Positions 1 through 9,991 of a DNA stretch of 64,000 nt are shown piece by piece (position 1 is the stretch's first letter; each line of letters begins with the position of its first letter). The DNA comes from Gammaproteobacteria bacterium (lineage in GTDB: Bacteria > Pseudomonadota > Gammaproteobacteria > Eutrophobiales > Eutrophobiaceae), in NCBI GenBank assembly GCA_965243205.1, contig CBDEUK010000002.1, forward strand, positions 960,001 through 1,024,000, written 5' to 3'. A model generated the notes under the pieces. That model ran no database searches and was not told the origin of the DNA. It was given only the letters and a program-made list of their open reading frames with translations. The position numbers and the translations under genes were made by a program.

Positions 1-40
1 GCTGTTAGGAATAATTTATTCGTATTCATTTCGGTGTTCA

Positions 41-1036
41 CTATTTCGATTGCACTCGTTCTGTTAAACGTCCACCTGCACCTATTTCATAAACATTAAC
101 GTCACCACTGTGCTTATCATAAAAAAGAACACTATAGTCCCCAGAATAACGTCCATCATTATAAGCCGTTACAATATCCCAAGACTTACGCCAGCCTGTA
201 TATCCTTTAACTAAACCGTCGACTTTGCCATCATCACTAAGCTTAAACACTTTACCGTGTCCATTGGTTTTATCGTAAAACAGTGCATACATTCTACCGC
301 TATAGTAGTAAATATTGACGCTGTGCCAAGTATGTCGCCAGTTATCAGATTCATAAGTGACTTTTTCGACACCCTTAAGATTGTTTTTAAGCTTTACTAT
401 TTTTACCTTCCCTTGTTCTCTGCTATACATAAGAAGATATTTTTTATAGCCACCATCATCATTGGAAAAATCCGTATACCACTGTTTCATTACATCCCAG
501 CCCGTTCCCCACTCTTTAGAGGAATATATTGGCGCTCCAAAGTTATGATCTCCAGAGTTGTATTTGTATATTTTTGCTCGGCCATTGTCTTTATCGTAAA
601 AAAGAAAGGTCTGATGCGGACGGCCAATATTCTCAACGATATCAAAACCTTTATAAAATTTTGAATACGTCTTTTTCTTCTTGGTTTTTTTATCTTTACC
701 GAGTCCACCCATCTTATAAAGTTGCACATCACCCGTGGTTCCACTGTGGTACACACGTAAATTGGAACCAGCGGGGAAATTCATATGAGTCCAGGATTTA
801 CGCCACTTAAATTCTTTATCCGACTGACGTTTTCGAATTCCAGATGAGGTTGATAAAAGATATTTATGAGCTCTTCCTGTATCACGATCGTAAGCAAATA
901 AGACTGTTGCTTTGCCGACTTTGCCGATCTCTAATATATCGTAACCTTCTACCCAAGCTTGCGCGCTACTTGTAATGAAACTAAGTATGAATGCAACCAT
1001 TGTTATCAGTAATTTATTCATTTTCATTGTCTTCAC
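41..1036 (-). CDS. Secreted repeat protein, probable beta-propeller
   Basis: Signal peptide (..SSAQA|W) and about six repeats of the form LFYDKxxGxxxxYxL...WxxxWD. Confidence 0.6.
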   Translation of the reverse strand: MKTMKMNKLLITMVAFILSFITSSAQAWVEGYDILEIGKVGKATVLFAYDRDTGRAHKYLLSTSSGIRKRQSDKEFKWRKSWTHMNFPAGSNLRVYHSGTTGDVQLYKMGGLGKDKKTKKKKTYSKFYKGFDIVENIGRPHQTFLFYDKDNGRAKIYKYNSGDHNFGAPIYSSKEWGTGWDVMKQWYTDFSNDDGGYKKYLLMYSREQGKVKIVKLKNNLKGVEKVTYESDNWRHTWHSVNIYYYSGRMYALFYDKTNGHGKVFKLSDDGKVDGLVKGYTGWRKSWDIVTAYNDGRYSGDYSVLFYDKHSGDVNVYEIGAGGRLTERVQSK

Positions 1037-1045
1037 TCCTAAGCT

Positions 1046-2059
1046 TTAGTCTAAAATTTTACAATAGCCACTGTCTAAACCAGCAATGTGCAAACGCTTG
1101 GTGCCTTCAGGACACGCTTTGCAATAACCTTTGTGTTTAAACTGACCTTTCTTACATTTCTTAAGATTGGCGAGCTTTCTGCCTTTTGCATACGTGTTTT
1201 TACCTTTGCGATTCACACAGGCTTTAGGATGATTCATTTTACGAGTAGCACTGGTTCTTTTCATGCCATCAGGACATGTATAGCAACCTTTAGATCCATT
1301 CACTTTTGAGTAATACAAACCTTTGCCTTTACATGAATAACGACTGAATGAAAGTGCTTCTACTTTTCTAGGTTCTTCTTCCTCTTCTTCATCGTAGAAT
1401 TCTTCATCTTCTTCCTCATCAAAATCTCCTTCTTCAAAGCCGCCATCTTCAAAATCATCCTCTTCGTCGTCCTCATACTCATCCTCGTATTCATCATCGT
1501 AATCATCTTCATACCCGTCATCGTCTCCGCCTTCATCCTCTTCGATATCTTCATCTTCTTCAGGATAAGAATCTTCACCCGCTTTTTCACTTTCAAAACT
1601 ATCCTGGTCATCCAGTCGAACAGGAGAGAATGTTAAATTAACTGGGCCAAGCAAACCTTGAATATTCACATTCATTGAACCGCTCGGTGTTAACTTCGCA
1701 GTAAAAGGTCCTACCAGTGGTAAGTCTTGACCAGCGTATTCACCTGGACCAGTTCGAACCCAATCTTTTGAAACCACCATCAATGGTCCAATTTTTAGTA
1801 CAAACATATGCAACCAAGAATCAACCGCATAAGCACGTCCTCTTTCGATGCGAATTCGTTTACGGATTTCATTGATCATCCACTCACCATCGATAGGCAA
1901 TTTGTCAGTCATTGGCACATCTGCCGCCATCGGTAAAAACGCTGGGATTTCTGGGATTCCGGTTGGGTTCGCTTGTACGTTTGGAACTGAAAAACCAATA
2001 ATCATGGCAATCATAGCCAACATCATTTTTATGTTCAGTTTAAGAGCGGTCTTATTCAT
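1046..2059 (-). CDS. Secreted hypothetical protein with Asp/Glu-rich linker and Cys/Lys-rich C-terminal domain
   Basis: Signal peptide (..NVQA), long acidic low-complexity tract, C-terminal CxxCP motifs, SD GGAG upstream of ATG. Confidence 0.7.
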   Translation of the reverse strand: MNKTALKLNIKMMLAMIAMIIGFSVPNVQANPTGIPEIPAFLPMAADVPMTDKLPIDGEWMINEIRKRIRIERGRAYAVDSWLHMFVLKIGPLMVVSKDWVRTGPGEYAGQDLPLVGPFTAKLTPSGSMNVNIQGLLGPVNLTFSPVRLDDQDSFESEKAGEDSYPEEDEDIEEDEGGDDDGYEDDYDDEYEDEYEDDEEDDFEDGGFEEGDFDEEEDEEFYDEEEEEEPRKVEALSFSRYSCKGKGLYYSKVNGSKGCYTCPDGMKRTSATRKMNHPKACVNRKGKNTYAKGRKLANLKKCKKGQFKHKGYCKACPEGTKRLHIAGLDSGYCKILD

Positions 2060-2155
2060 TTTATTCTCCGACTTTTTTTCTGTTTATATGCAAATTGAAT
2101 GTTTTGGTTATTCAATTAATGTTAGCTATGTTAGAACTGACTGCATTTTATTGAT

Positions 2156-2173
2156 ATGGGGTAAGCACCCCAT
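2156..2173. promoter_or_regulatory. Palindromic operator ATGGGGT-N4-ACCCCAT (copy 1)
   Basis: Inverted repeat ~100 bp upstream of the 2059 start; same arms at 3818-3835. Confidence 0.6.
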
Positions 2174-2238
2174 TTTTATAAAATTATAGTTATTACTTAA
2201 CCTTATATGAGACTGAGTCCAGTGAATACCCTATTCAT

Positions 2239-3744
2239 TTATGTTTCTTGTTTTAGCATCGAAACATAAATGGAAGTACCAACACCCTGTTTTGAACGTA
2301 GCTCAAATGGCAACTCTTGTGCCTCACACAGTGCTTGCACGATGCCTAAACCAAGACCTTCACCATCTGATCCCAGACCTTTTTCACCTTTAAGCAACAA
2401 TGTTGGTTGCACTGCATCAGCAATACCCAAACCATTGTCATGCACTTGAAAAATTACTCGATGACCCTTGCTACGAAAACCCACTAAGATTCGGCTGGCT
2501 TTCGCATGTTTAAGCGCATTACTAATGAGGTTGGTCATAATCCGCATGGTTGATAATGGTTCAACTAGAACCGTGTGTTTACCTGAAAAGAATCGTATTT
2601 GAATATTGTTTTGCTCTGCGTCGCTTTCAAACATTTTACGCAGAGCATTGATCAACATCGAGGTTGAAATAGTTTCAACGCCATCAGCAGAAGTTGGTGT
2701 TTCCGTATCAACTTCATCCGTCAAATATGACCTGGACAAACTATCGATATAATCCACTGCCAAGCTGAGTTTTTCAGCATCGTGTTTTTTATCATGCATT
2801 AATTTTTCAACCGCAAGACGTAATGCTGAGATAGGTTGTTTTAAATCATGAGAAACACTGGCCAGTTGATCTTGATGTCTAGCTGCAACATCAAGTGCTT
2901 TGTTGTAAGCTTGTTCAGATTCAAGCAACGCGAGTTTCATCTCTGCCTCGTTTTTTGCAGACTCAGCCGCTTGTAACTCAGCCATGTCTTTTTGTTGTTT
3001 ATTATTAAACGCTTGCCAAATAACGATCGTTAAAGAAAAGAAAGCAACTAGTAACAATATCACTCGATATAAATCATTAAAGTCATGCTGAGTCGTGTTT
3101 GTTAAAGAGGATAAATACCAATAACCAATCACAGTCACCAAAGCAACAACAATAGGGTACGTTCTGATAAACCATCGTAATTTCTGACTATAACTGTTCC
3201 ATGTTAACGGAGGTAGAAACTGACAAATCACCATGCCAATAAAAAGAATATTCGCTGGCATCCACATCTTAGCTAAAGAGATATTTCCTAACCAAAATAC
3301 AGTACTCATTGCAAACAACAGACTGATAACGGAAAGGATGAAAAACAGTTGTTTAAAGCGGGCTAAAAAATGCGGTAGTTTTATTTGTAAACCAATCACT
3401 AAATAACCATAACTAGAAATCAATGTTGTCAGTAAAAAAGGTAATACCCATAGAATAAAATCATTACTAACAATATTAGTTTTATTGGATGCAAAGTATG
3501 CGAGCGAACCATCGATGGATGATGCATGAATCACTAGTAATAGCGATAACAATACATAAAATAACCATTGAGTTTCTTTGTAGGCGAAAATAATAAGTGC
3601 CGCGAAAGCAATGCCACATAAAGCGAAGGTGTAAAAAATGTAGTCGACTGATTGTGGTACAAAGCTAGCCGTTAACGCAAAAGCATTACTGAAAAACAGC
3701 GGCAAACAAACAGTAATCAATTTACTATAGACATTAGCCCACAA
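2239..3744 (-). CDS. Multi-TM sensor histidine kinase (HisKA + HATPase)
   Basis: Hydrophobic N-half, H-box SHDLKQP, N-box NLISNALKH, G-boxes DNGLG and GLGLGIV. Confidence 0.9.
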   Translation of the reverse strand: MWANVYSKLITVCLPLFFSNAFALTASFVPQSVDYIFYTFALCGIAFAALIIFAYKETQWLFYVLLSLLLVIHASSIDGSLAYFASNKTNIVSNDFILWVLPFLLTTLISSYGYLVIGLQIKLPHFLARFKQLFFILSVISLLFAMSTVFWLGNISLAKMWMPANILFIGMVICQFLPPLTWNSYSQKLRWFIRTYPIVVALVTVIGYWYLSSLTNTTQHDFNDLYRVILLLVAFFSLTIVIWQAFNNKQQKDMAELQAAESAKNEAEMKLALLESEQAYNKALDVAARHQDQLASVSHDLKQPISALRLAVEKLMHDKKHDAEKLSLAVDYIDSLSRSYLTDEVDTETPTSADGVETISTSMLINALRKMFESDAEQNNIQIRFFSGKHTVLVEPLSTMRIMTNLISNALKHAKASRILVGFRSKGHRVIFQVHDNGLGIADAVQPTLLLKGEKGLGSDGEGLGLGIVQALCEAQELPFELRSKQGVGTSIYVSMLKQET

Positions 3745-3817
3745 AACTCTCGAACCCCTTACTATTTATGATCTAACAAGCTTATGGGAAGTATTCTAAA
3801 AAAACACTTAGGTTTAA

Positions 3818-3835
3818 ATGGGGTGAACACCCCAT
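3818..3835. promoter_or_regulatory. Palindromic operator ATGGGGT-N4-ACCCCAT (copy 2)
   Basis: Inverted repeat taaatggggtg-aa-caccccattta upstream of the kinase gene. Confidence 0.6.
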
Positions 3836-3838
3836 TTA

Positions 3839-4486
3839 TTAAACACTTTCTAATAAGCCGTCTTTTAATGCTCTAGCCATTAATTCTGAAAATGAATGAA
3901 CCTCTAGTTTAGCCATCAAACTGGTTCGATGTTTATCAACTGTTTTAGGACTGATGCTAAGCATAGTCGCAATGTCTTTATTCGTCTTACCTGACATTAA
4001 CATATTTAAGATCTGTCGTTCACGATTGGTTAAACTCACTGCCTTTCGACCTTGTTCAATCATCTCAACAAACTCAGGTGCAATATAACGAGCCCCACGC
4101 ATTATCTTTGGTATTTGCTCAAACATCTCGTTAAGAGAAGCACTTTTACTAAACAAGCCATCAATGCCAGTTTCAACAATGCTTGCAACTAAACCTGGTG
4201 CGGTAATGCCCGTGAAGATAAGAATTTTCGTATCCGGACTCCAACGTCGAATATCATGAATAATTTCTGAGCCATTGGCTAATGGCATGGAGATATCAAG
4301 AAATAAAATGTTTGGCTTTTGCGACTTAACAAGCGCAATGGCGTCAATACCATTTTCAGCAATACCAACTAATTCAAATTGAATCGTATTAGCTTGCTCA
4401 AGATAATCACTAATAGCTCCACGAATCACTTCATGATCATCAGCAATCACCACGGTATAGATTGAGTCGGCACTTAACATCGTCAT
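3839..4486 (-). CDS. NarL/LuxR-family response regulator
   Basis: REC domain (ADDH, LDISMP) plus LuxR HTH (LTNRE..ISPKTVDKHR). Confidence 0.92.
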   Translation of the reverse strand: MTMLSADSIYTVVIADDHEVIRGAISDYLEQANTIQFELVGIAENGIDAIALVKSQKPNILFLDISMPLANGSEIIHDIRRWSPDTKILIFTGITAPGLVASIVETGIDGLFSKSASLNEMFEQIPKIMRGARYIAPEFVEMIEQGRKAVSLTNRERQILNMLMSGKTNKDIATMLSISPKTVDKHRTSLMAKLEVHSFSELMARALKDGLLESV

Positions 4487-4613
4487 ATATTGTTTAATTT
4501 TATAAACAGATTATCACGTTAAGTTTGGCAATTTACAAACTGTTACTATTTTGAAAAGGCTAGACGAGTTAATATACAGTCAATTGATGGGTTTCAAATA
4601 AAGGTAACTTCAA

Positions 4614-5747
4614 TTGACAGAATCAAACAGCGGTTTACACAAATCAGCGCAACGATTATTTGATCATGCAGGAGTAGTTTTCAATGGAGACAAGCCTTGG
4701 GATATACAGGTTCATAACCCTAAATTATACCGACGAATTCTAACGGGCGGTTCAATTGGTTTAGGTGAATCTTATATGGACGGCTGGTGGGATTGTGAAC
4801 AAATGGATGTCTTATTCGACAAAGTCATTGGTGCTCAACTCGCACAAAAAATAAAAGGCACTGCGCAGTTGGAAATCGTAGGTCGTTTAATTTTAGACTT
4901 TCTTTTTAACCGTCAATCAAAAGCAAGAGCGGTTCAGGTAGCCGATGCTCATTACAACCTCGGTAATGATCTATTCGAAAGAATGCTCGATAGCAGTATG
5001 AATTATAGTTGTGCTTATTGGAAAAATGCCGATTCCCTCGAGCAAGCACAAATCAATAAAATGGAATTAATCTGCCAAAAACTTAAATTAAGCGCTGGCA
5101 TGAAAGTGTTGGACATTGGTTGTGGTTGGGGTGGGCTAGCAAACTATATGGCTAAACACTATCAAGTAGAAGTCGATGGTTTAACCATATCCAAAGAACA
5201 ACAAGCGCTTGCAACGGAACGTAACCAAGGGCAACCTGTTAACATTCGTTTGCAAGACTATCGAGATATGAATGGTCAATATGATCGTATTGTTTCGGTA
5301 GGCATGTTTGAACACGTCGGCCAAAAAAATTACTCAACCTATTTTAATAAAGCCAGCGAACTACTCAGCAAAGAAGGTTTATTTTTACTGCATACCATTG
5401 GCTCTGAAGTCACATCAACCACAACTGATGGTTTCATTCAAAAATATATTTTCCCTAATGGCATCATCCCTACTCGTGGTGAAATCACCAAAACCAGTGA
5501 AGATATTCTTAGACTGGAAGACTGGCATAACTTCGGCCCCTATTATGATCTTACCTTAATGGCATGGTTAGAAAATTTTGAAGCCGCATGGTCAGAACTT
5601 AAGAAAGATTACAGTGAACGTTTCTACCGTATGTGGCGCTATTACTTATGTTGCTCTGCTGGTTATTTCCGCTGTCGCGAAGGACAACTCTGGCAACTCG
5701 TTTTTGCACATCCAGAAAACCGTTCACACTACGATAGTGTAAGATAG
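4614..5747 (+). CDS. cfa: Cyclopropane-fatty-acyl-phospholipid synthase
   Basis: HYNLGNDLF, YSCAYW, LDIGCGWG, SVGMFEHVG motifs. Confidence 0.93.
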   Translation: MTESNSGLHKSAQRLFDHAGVVFNGDKPWDIQVHNPKLYRRILTGGSIGLGESYMDGWWDCEQMDVLFDKVIGAQLAQKIKGTAQLEIVGRLILDFLFNRQSKARAVQVADAHYNLGNDLFERMLDSSMNYSCAYWKNADSLEQAQINKMELICQKLKLSAGMKVLDIGCGWGGLANYMAKHYQVEVDGLTISKEQQALATERNQGQPVNIRLQDYRDMNGQYDRIVSVGMFEHVGQKNYSTYFNKASELLSKEGLFLLHTIGSEVTSTTTDGFIQKYIFPNGIIPTRGEITKTSEDILRLEDWHNFGPYYDLTLMAWLENFEAAWSELKKDYSERFYRMWRYYLCCSAGYFRCREGQLWQLVFAHPENRSHYDSVR

Positions 5748-5830
5748 AATAACTATAAGAATGGGTTTACAAAGCTTTACCAAATATCACTAACTTTTTT
5801 AAGCTTACTTTAAATTTTTAATTTATTCTT

Positions 5831-7342
5831 TTAGTTAATATTTAATTTTTGCAATACATCTTTTATAGGTATTAGATTATTTATATTCGTAGAGCCACCG
5901 CCTCTAGTAACGTATCCAGAAACTGTAATACCGATAACATTTCCATATTCATTAAACACTGGCCCACCTGAATTCCCGGGATTCACTGCTGCATCCGTTT
6001 GTAGATAATCAAGGCTTTCTAATTCTCTTTTTGCAGAGATAATTCCTTTGCTAATAGAAAAATCAAGTTGCTCATCAAGTGGGGTTCCAACAACATAGAT
6101 AGTTTCGCCAAGTTCAACTGGATTTTTTTCAATATCAACAATAGACATGTCATAGTTATCTTTAATTTTAAGTAGTGCAACATCACGCATTTTATCTTTA
6201 TATAAAATTTCAGCTTTAAACTTCTTACTGTTGATAATCAATATCGCTTCAGAACTACCAGAGACAACATGTTCATTGGTAACGACATATCCATTTTTAT
6301 CAATTACCAAACCACTGCCATGGCCATTTTTTGTCCTAACAGTTGCGGTTGCATTACGAATATTTTTAATTTTCTCATTAAATTTTTTCTCTGAGCTACC
6401 ATATTGAATATTAACAATATAATTTGTTATAGATTTTTTATCTTTTTCATTTTTAACCGTATTAGAATTAAATAACTCTACAAACTTTTTATTTGATAAA
6501 AGCTCCTCTATTGCATGATGAAAAGCCAGGCTTACGCTAAGAATAGTACCTTGAGATCTGGGCGGCTTTTTAAAGCCTAAATCTGTACCTTTTGATTCAC
6601 CTTTAAAAACTATTTCTCTTGATAAATTATCGAAAACTTCCCATTTCACATTTATAAAAGTTGAGTTTTGAGTATAGCTCTTTAGACTAATAGCATTTGC
6701 TTTACCACAATATTCTAAACGAATCTCTGTTATCTCAGCGGCTAAACTTAAGTCACTATTGCTAGTATCTTGCATAGCAAACTTCTTATTCTCTGCGCCT
6801 ATCGTCTGATATCCATTTTTATTAAATGATTTTTGAAAAGGTTCTTGGAAATCTGTCGATTTAATAATCGTTTTAGCATTTGATAAATTTAATTCACCAT
6901 CGGGCAAACAAGCAAAGGGGCTGGTAAGAACTTTCTCATTTTTATATAAGTTTCTAATCTTTTTTTCATCATTTTTTGAATATTTAAATGCTTTGCCAAC
7001 TATAGGATTTTCACCAAGTCCTAACCCACCAATTTCTAAAGAAACATGCTCAAGACTTATTGATTTAGAAGAATCGGAAACATTTTTAATTGGTTTTGGT
7101 TTGGGAAGCAACGGAATTGATTTTGCATTTGAAGAACGATTATTATTTTTAATATCGACTTTATTAGTTTGTTTCTTTTTTGAAGAAGGCGGCTTATCAG
7201 AAAAATGAACTTTGCCATTCTCATCAACCCATTTATAAACTTCAGCTTTTGTAGTGAATGAGAAAAAAATGAAGCACAATACGGGAGTCGTTACGAAATA
7301 ATAAAGATACTTATTATCCATAATAGAAAAAAACCTTATCAT
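5831..7342 (-). CDS. DUF4124 N-terminal domain plus C-terminal trypsin-like serine protease
   Basis: VYKWVDENGKVHFSDKPP; TNEHVV, DVALL, GNSGGP catalytic motifs. Confidence 0.85.
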   Translation of the reverse strand: MIRFFSIMDNKYLYYFVTTPVLCFIFFSFTTKAEVYKWVDENGKVHFSDKPPSSKKKQTNKVDIKNNNRSSNAKSIPLLPKPKPIKNVSDSSKSISLEHVSLEIGGLGLGENPIVGKAFKYSKNDEKKIRNLYKNEKVLTSPFACLPDGELNLSNAKTIIKSTDFQEPFQKSFNKNGYQTIGAENKKFAMQDTSNSDLSLAAEITEIRLEYCGKANAISLKSYTQNSTFINVKWEVFDNLSREIVFKGESKGTDLGFKKPPRSQGTILSVSLAFHHAIEELLSNKKFVELFNSNTVKNEKDKKSITNYIVNIQYGSSEKKFNEKIKNIRNATATVRTKNGHGSGLVIDKNGYVVTNEHVVSGSSEAILIINSKKFKAEILYKDKMRDVALLKIKDNYDMSIVDIEKNPVELGETIYVVGTPLDEQLDFSISKGIISAKRELESLDYLQTDAAVNPGNSGGPVFNEYGNVIGITVSGYVTRGGGSTNINNLIPIKDVLQKLNIN

Positions 7343-7362
7343 GATTAAAAAGAATAATTATA

Positions 7363-7379
7363 GGCTGATTTCATGCCAA
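7363..7379 (-). promoter_or_regulatory. Possible sigma-54 promoter
   Basis: Minus strand TTGGCATGAAATCAGC has GG-N10-GC spacing upstream of the protease; -12 element imperfect. Confidence 0.3.
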
Positions 7380-7400
7380 TATGCACTATTTCTATAAAAA

Positions 7401-7425
7401 TTAAAGCGCTATGTCCTCTTTAATT
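7401..7425 (+). repeat. Degenerate 25-nt REP-like boundary motif
   Basis: ttaaagcgctatgtcctctttaatt aligns without gaps to five other copies. Confidence 0.55.
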
Positions 7426-7568
7426 TCTGATTTTTTTAACTACTTAGTTCTTGAGATAATATATTTTTTTAAGCGGTATATGATTTGGGTAAGGAGTAAA
7501 GAATTTTCATATGAAACTTGGATTCAAACTATCAAGAAAAGATTTTAAGAAAGCGAAAAAATAATATT

Positions 7569-7593
7569 GAAAAGAGCTCAGCCCCCTTTAATT
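7569..7593 (+). repeat. Degenerate 25-nt REP-like boundary motif
   Basis: gaaaagagctcagccccctttaatt; overlaps the stop codon of the 7588-8406 gene. Confidence 0.55.
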
Positions 7594-8406
7594 ATTATTA
7601 CTAACTACTGATTTTCTAATAAACACTAGCAACATTGCCAACACCACTAAATATATGGCTGGAATAGGGATCTGTTCTACTTCTGGTTCTGGTTCTGGTT
7701 CTGGAATTTCAATTGAGAACTGGCTGCTGAGTGTTGTATTAATCTGATTTTGAGTCAGACGTTCACCTGGGTTAGCTGTGCCAGACGCGGACATCAGGTT
7801 CTGCAGTTCACTCGGTGGATGCGGTAAACCAAGGTTATGCCCAATCTCATGAGCAACCACACTGGCAATGACTTCCCGACCACCTACAAAGCCCAGTAAA
7901 TTCGCACCTACGTATTGTGTAATGCCATTGCCACCTATAGAAGCGAGACCCGCTGCGGAATTGGCGGACAATAAAGGAAACCCTGCAGCAATTCGTACGA
8001 AGAACATATTAATGACTGTAGGATCCGAATGGGTAATGCCTGCCGCTTGAGCATCAAGCCGAATGATTGATAGCTCACTGGTTGAACGAGAATTGCCGTT
8101 ATTGTTCGGTGGTCCACCTGCCCCCCAGTTCGCAAACGTATTATTCCAACTGACTGGCGTAAGAAACTCCACATCAATACCCGCCTGTGCCCAAACAATA
8201 TCAACAAACTGTTCTATCTCTTCCTGTTGTGCAGAATTGCCAAAATAAGTTGCCGTGTTAGCGCCATTGTCATCGGAAAGAATGATCGGCTGAACTCTAA
8301 CAGTGTGAGTAATTGGCTGTGGCGGATTCGTGATTAATGCCGCGTAAACAATTAGCGGCACTACTAATAGAACAGGTAAGAAAGGCAATAAACGATGAAA
8401 CGACAT
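7588..8406 (-). CDS. Secreted metzincin-type zinc metalloprotease with C-terminal membrane anchor
   Basis: HEIGHNLGLPH, downstream NLM Met-turn, PEPEPEP linker, IPIP + TM + RK tail. Confidence 0.85.
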   Translation of the reverse strand: MSFHRLLPFLPVLLVVPLIVYAALITNPPQPITHTVRVQPIILSDDNGANTATYFGNSAQQEEIEQFVDIVWAQAGIDVEFLTPVSWNNTFANWGAGGPPNNNGNSRSTSELSIIRLDAQAAGITHSDPTVINMFFVRIAAGFPLLSANSAAGLASIGGNGITQYVGANLLGFVGGREVIASVVAHEIGHNLGLPHPPSELQNLMSASGTANPGERLTQNQINTTLSSQFSIEIPEPEPEPEVEQIPIPAIYLVVLAMLLVFIRKSVVSNNN

Positions 8407-8422
8407 ATCGGTTACCCGCTTG

Positions 8423-8800
8423 TTATGGGCAGACCATGTCAGTCACTTTCATGACAATGACATTCGATTCTGAGTTATAGCTATTCTGATCGAGTGTGAG
8501 TTCACCCATATAGATATCATCACATTCAGGCTCTGTTTGACTTTGCTTTGAGGCAGTAGCTTGAATCGTCACCGTCTCAGATACAGGTTCACTGATTTGC
8601 CATTCACTGCAATCATCGTTCATGCAGCTTAGATAATGCTTCTTTTGAGGTGCTGCCGTCTGAAAACAACGAAGCATTTCAATATCAATAGCCTCACCTT
8701 GTTCATCGACTGCTTTGGCAGTCAAACTGTAAGTCGGTTCAGCAGAAGCTTGTGCGCTAAAGATAAGACATAAAATAGAGGCAATAATGAGATGTCGCAT
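8423..8800 (-). CDS. Small secreted hypothetical protein
   Basis: Signal peptide from ATG 8800 (MRHLII..QASA), SD GGAG; several Cys. Confidence 0.65.
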   Translation of the reverse strand: MRHLIIASILCLIFSAQASAEPTYSLTAKAVDEQGEAIDIEMLRCFQTAAPQKKHYLSCMNDDCSEWQISEPVSETVTIQATASKQSQTEPECDDIYMGELTLDQNSYNSESNVIVMKVTDMVCP

Positions 8801-8951
8801 CAAGATGCTCCGTCGAGTGTTTATTTGGCAAAAAATTATCGTAACCATCAATAAAAAACAAGCAGATAACTTTTAGAATGTGATGAGGTTCAGTGTTATG
8901 TTCTAGACGATGAAATCAGGCAATTTATGATATTCCTTTATTGATTTAACT

Positions 8952-9932
8952 TTATTTATCTCTAGATTGTTCAGCCATTATCCTGTCAATATTAGATATT
9001 TGAGCTTCATTTTTTAGCTCGACAAAGAGTTTTCTTGCAGTCTCTAATGTATTATTCGATTCGCTAATCAATCCTTTCTCTCTTAGTATCAAACCTATCG
9101 TTAAATATTCTGTGGCGATTGCTGGTTTATCTTTATAGTCAAAATAAATATCCAGAGCCAGTTTGGAAAATTTTTCAGCTTGATCAAATTTTTTCTGTTT
9201 TAAATATAATTTCCCTAAGCCCGTATAATTAAGTGCTAATCGATGACTGTAGTTAGTTTTTATATTGAGTTCGGCACTATCAAGATAATTTTTTTCAGCT
9301 GAATCCTCATCACCTTCTTTTGCATCTATCATTGCAAAATTGTGATACAAGGATGCTATACCACTTTCATCGTTAATTTCTTTATAATATTTCATTCCAT
9401 TTTCATAGCTTTCTCTCGCTTTATTGAGTTTAACCAAACTATGATAAAGATTTCCAAGGTCATGATAATCCGAAGCAAGTTCTAACGCTGAGTGATTGTT
9501 TTTATCATTACTTATATTTTTTAAAAATAGTGCTTCAGATTTATCTATCTGATGAAGTTCTCTATAGATATTGGCTAGTTTGCGATATCGACTTCTTTGA
9601 TGCTTATGTAATCCAGCCTTATCACTAACATCAATTGCTTTTGTGTAATATTTTCTCGCTTCTTCAAACTGACTTAAATGGTAGTAAATGTCACCAATAT
9701 TATCCAAAGCATGAATTTTGTAGTCAGGAAATTGATCTGACATTTCAAGTAATTTAAATCTGGCTTTTAATCCTTCATTTAATTTATTTTGATTAAGCAA
9801 ATCTGTCCCAAAAATATCCATTTCTTCTAATTTAGATAATCCTGAATTATTGCTTTCAATCTCTGAATTTGCAGATGCACCAAAGCATCCTAAAATTGAG
9901 ATAATAATAAATACAAAAAGGATATCTCTCAT
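8952..9932 (-). CDS. Exported tetratricopeptide-repeat protein
   Basis: Signal peptide and tandem TPR motifs (LGNLY..A..Y..). Confidence 0.85.
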   Translation of the reverse strand: MRDILFVFIIISILGCFGASANSEIESNNSGLSKLEEMDIFGTDLLNQNKLNEGLKARFKLLEMSDQFPDYKIHALDNIGDIYYHLSQFEEARKYYTKAIDVSDKAGLHKHQRSRYRKLANIYRELHQIDKSEALFLKNISNDKNNHSALELASDYHDLGNLYHSLVKLNKARESYENGMKYYKEINDESGIASLYHNFAMIDAKEGDEDSAEKNYLDSAELNIKTNYSHRLALNYTGLGKLYLKQKKFDQAEKFSKLALDIYFDYKDKPAIATEYLTIGLILREKGLISESNNTLETARKLFVELKNEAQISNIDRIMAEQSRDK

Positions 9933-9991
9933 TTCATTTTCTGAATTTTATTTATCGTTTTCAAAATGAAAAAAATAGTTACACTAAATAA

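Noticed and set aside
7480-7564. Tiny ORFs (MKLGFKLSRKDFKKAKK and MIWVRSKEF..) between two repeat motifs
   Set aside because: Very short with poor SD spacing; cannot distinguish from chance or a decayed gene
7682-7704. Hexamer tandem repeat tctggt
   Set aside because: Simply encodes the PEPEPEP linker; in-frame, not a phase-variation tract
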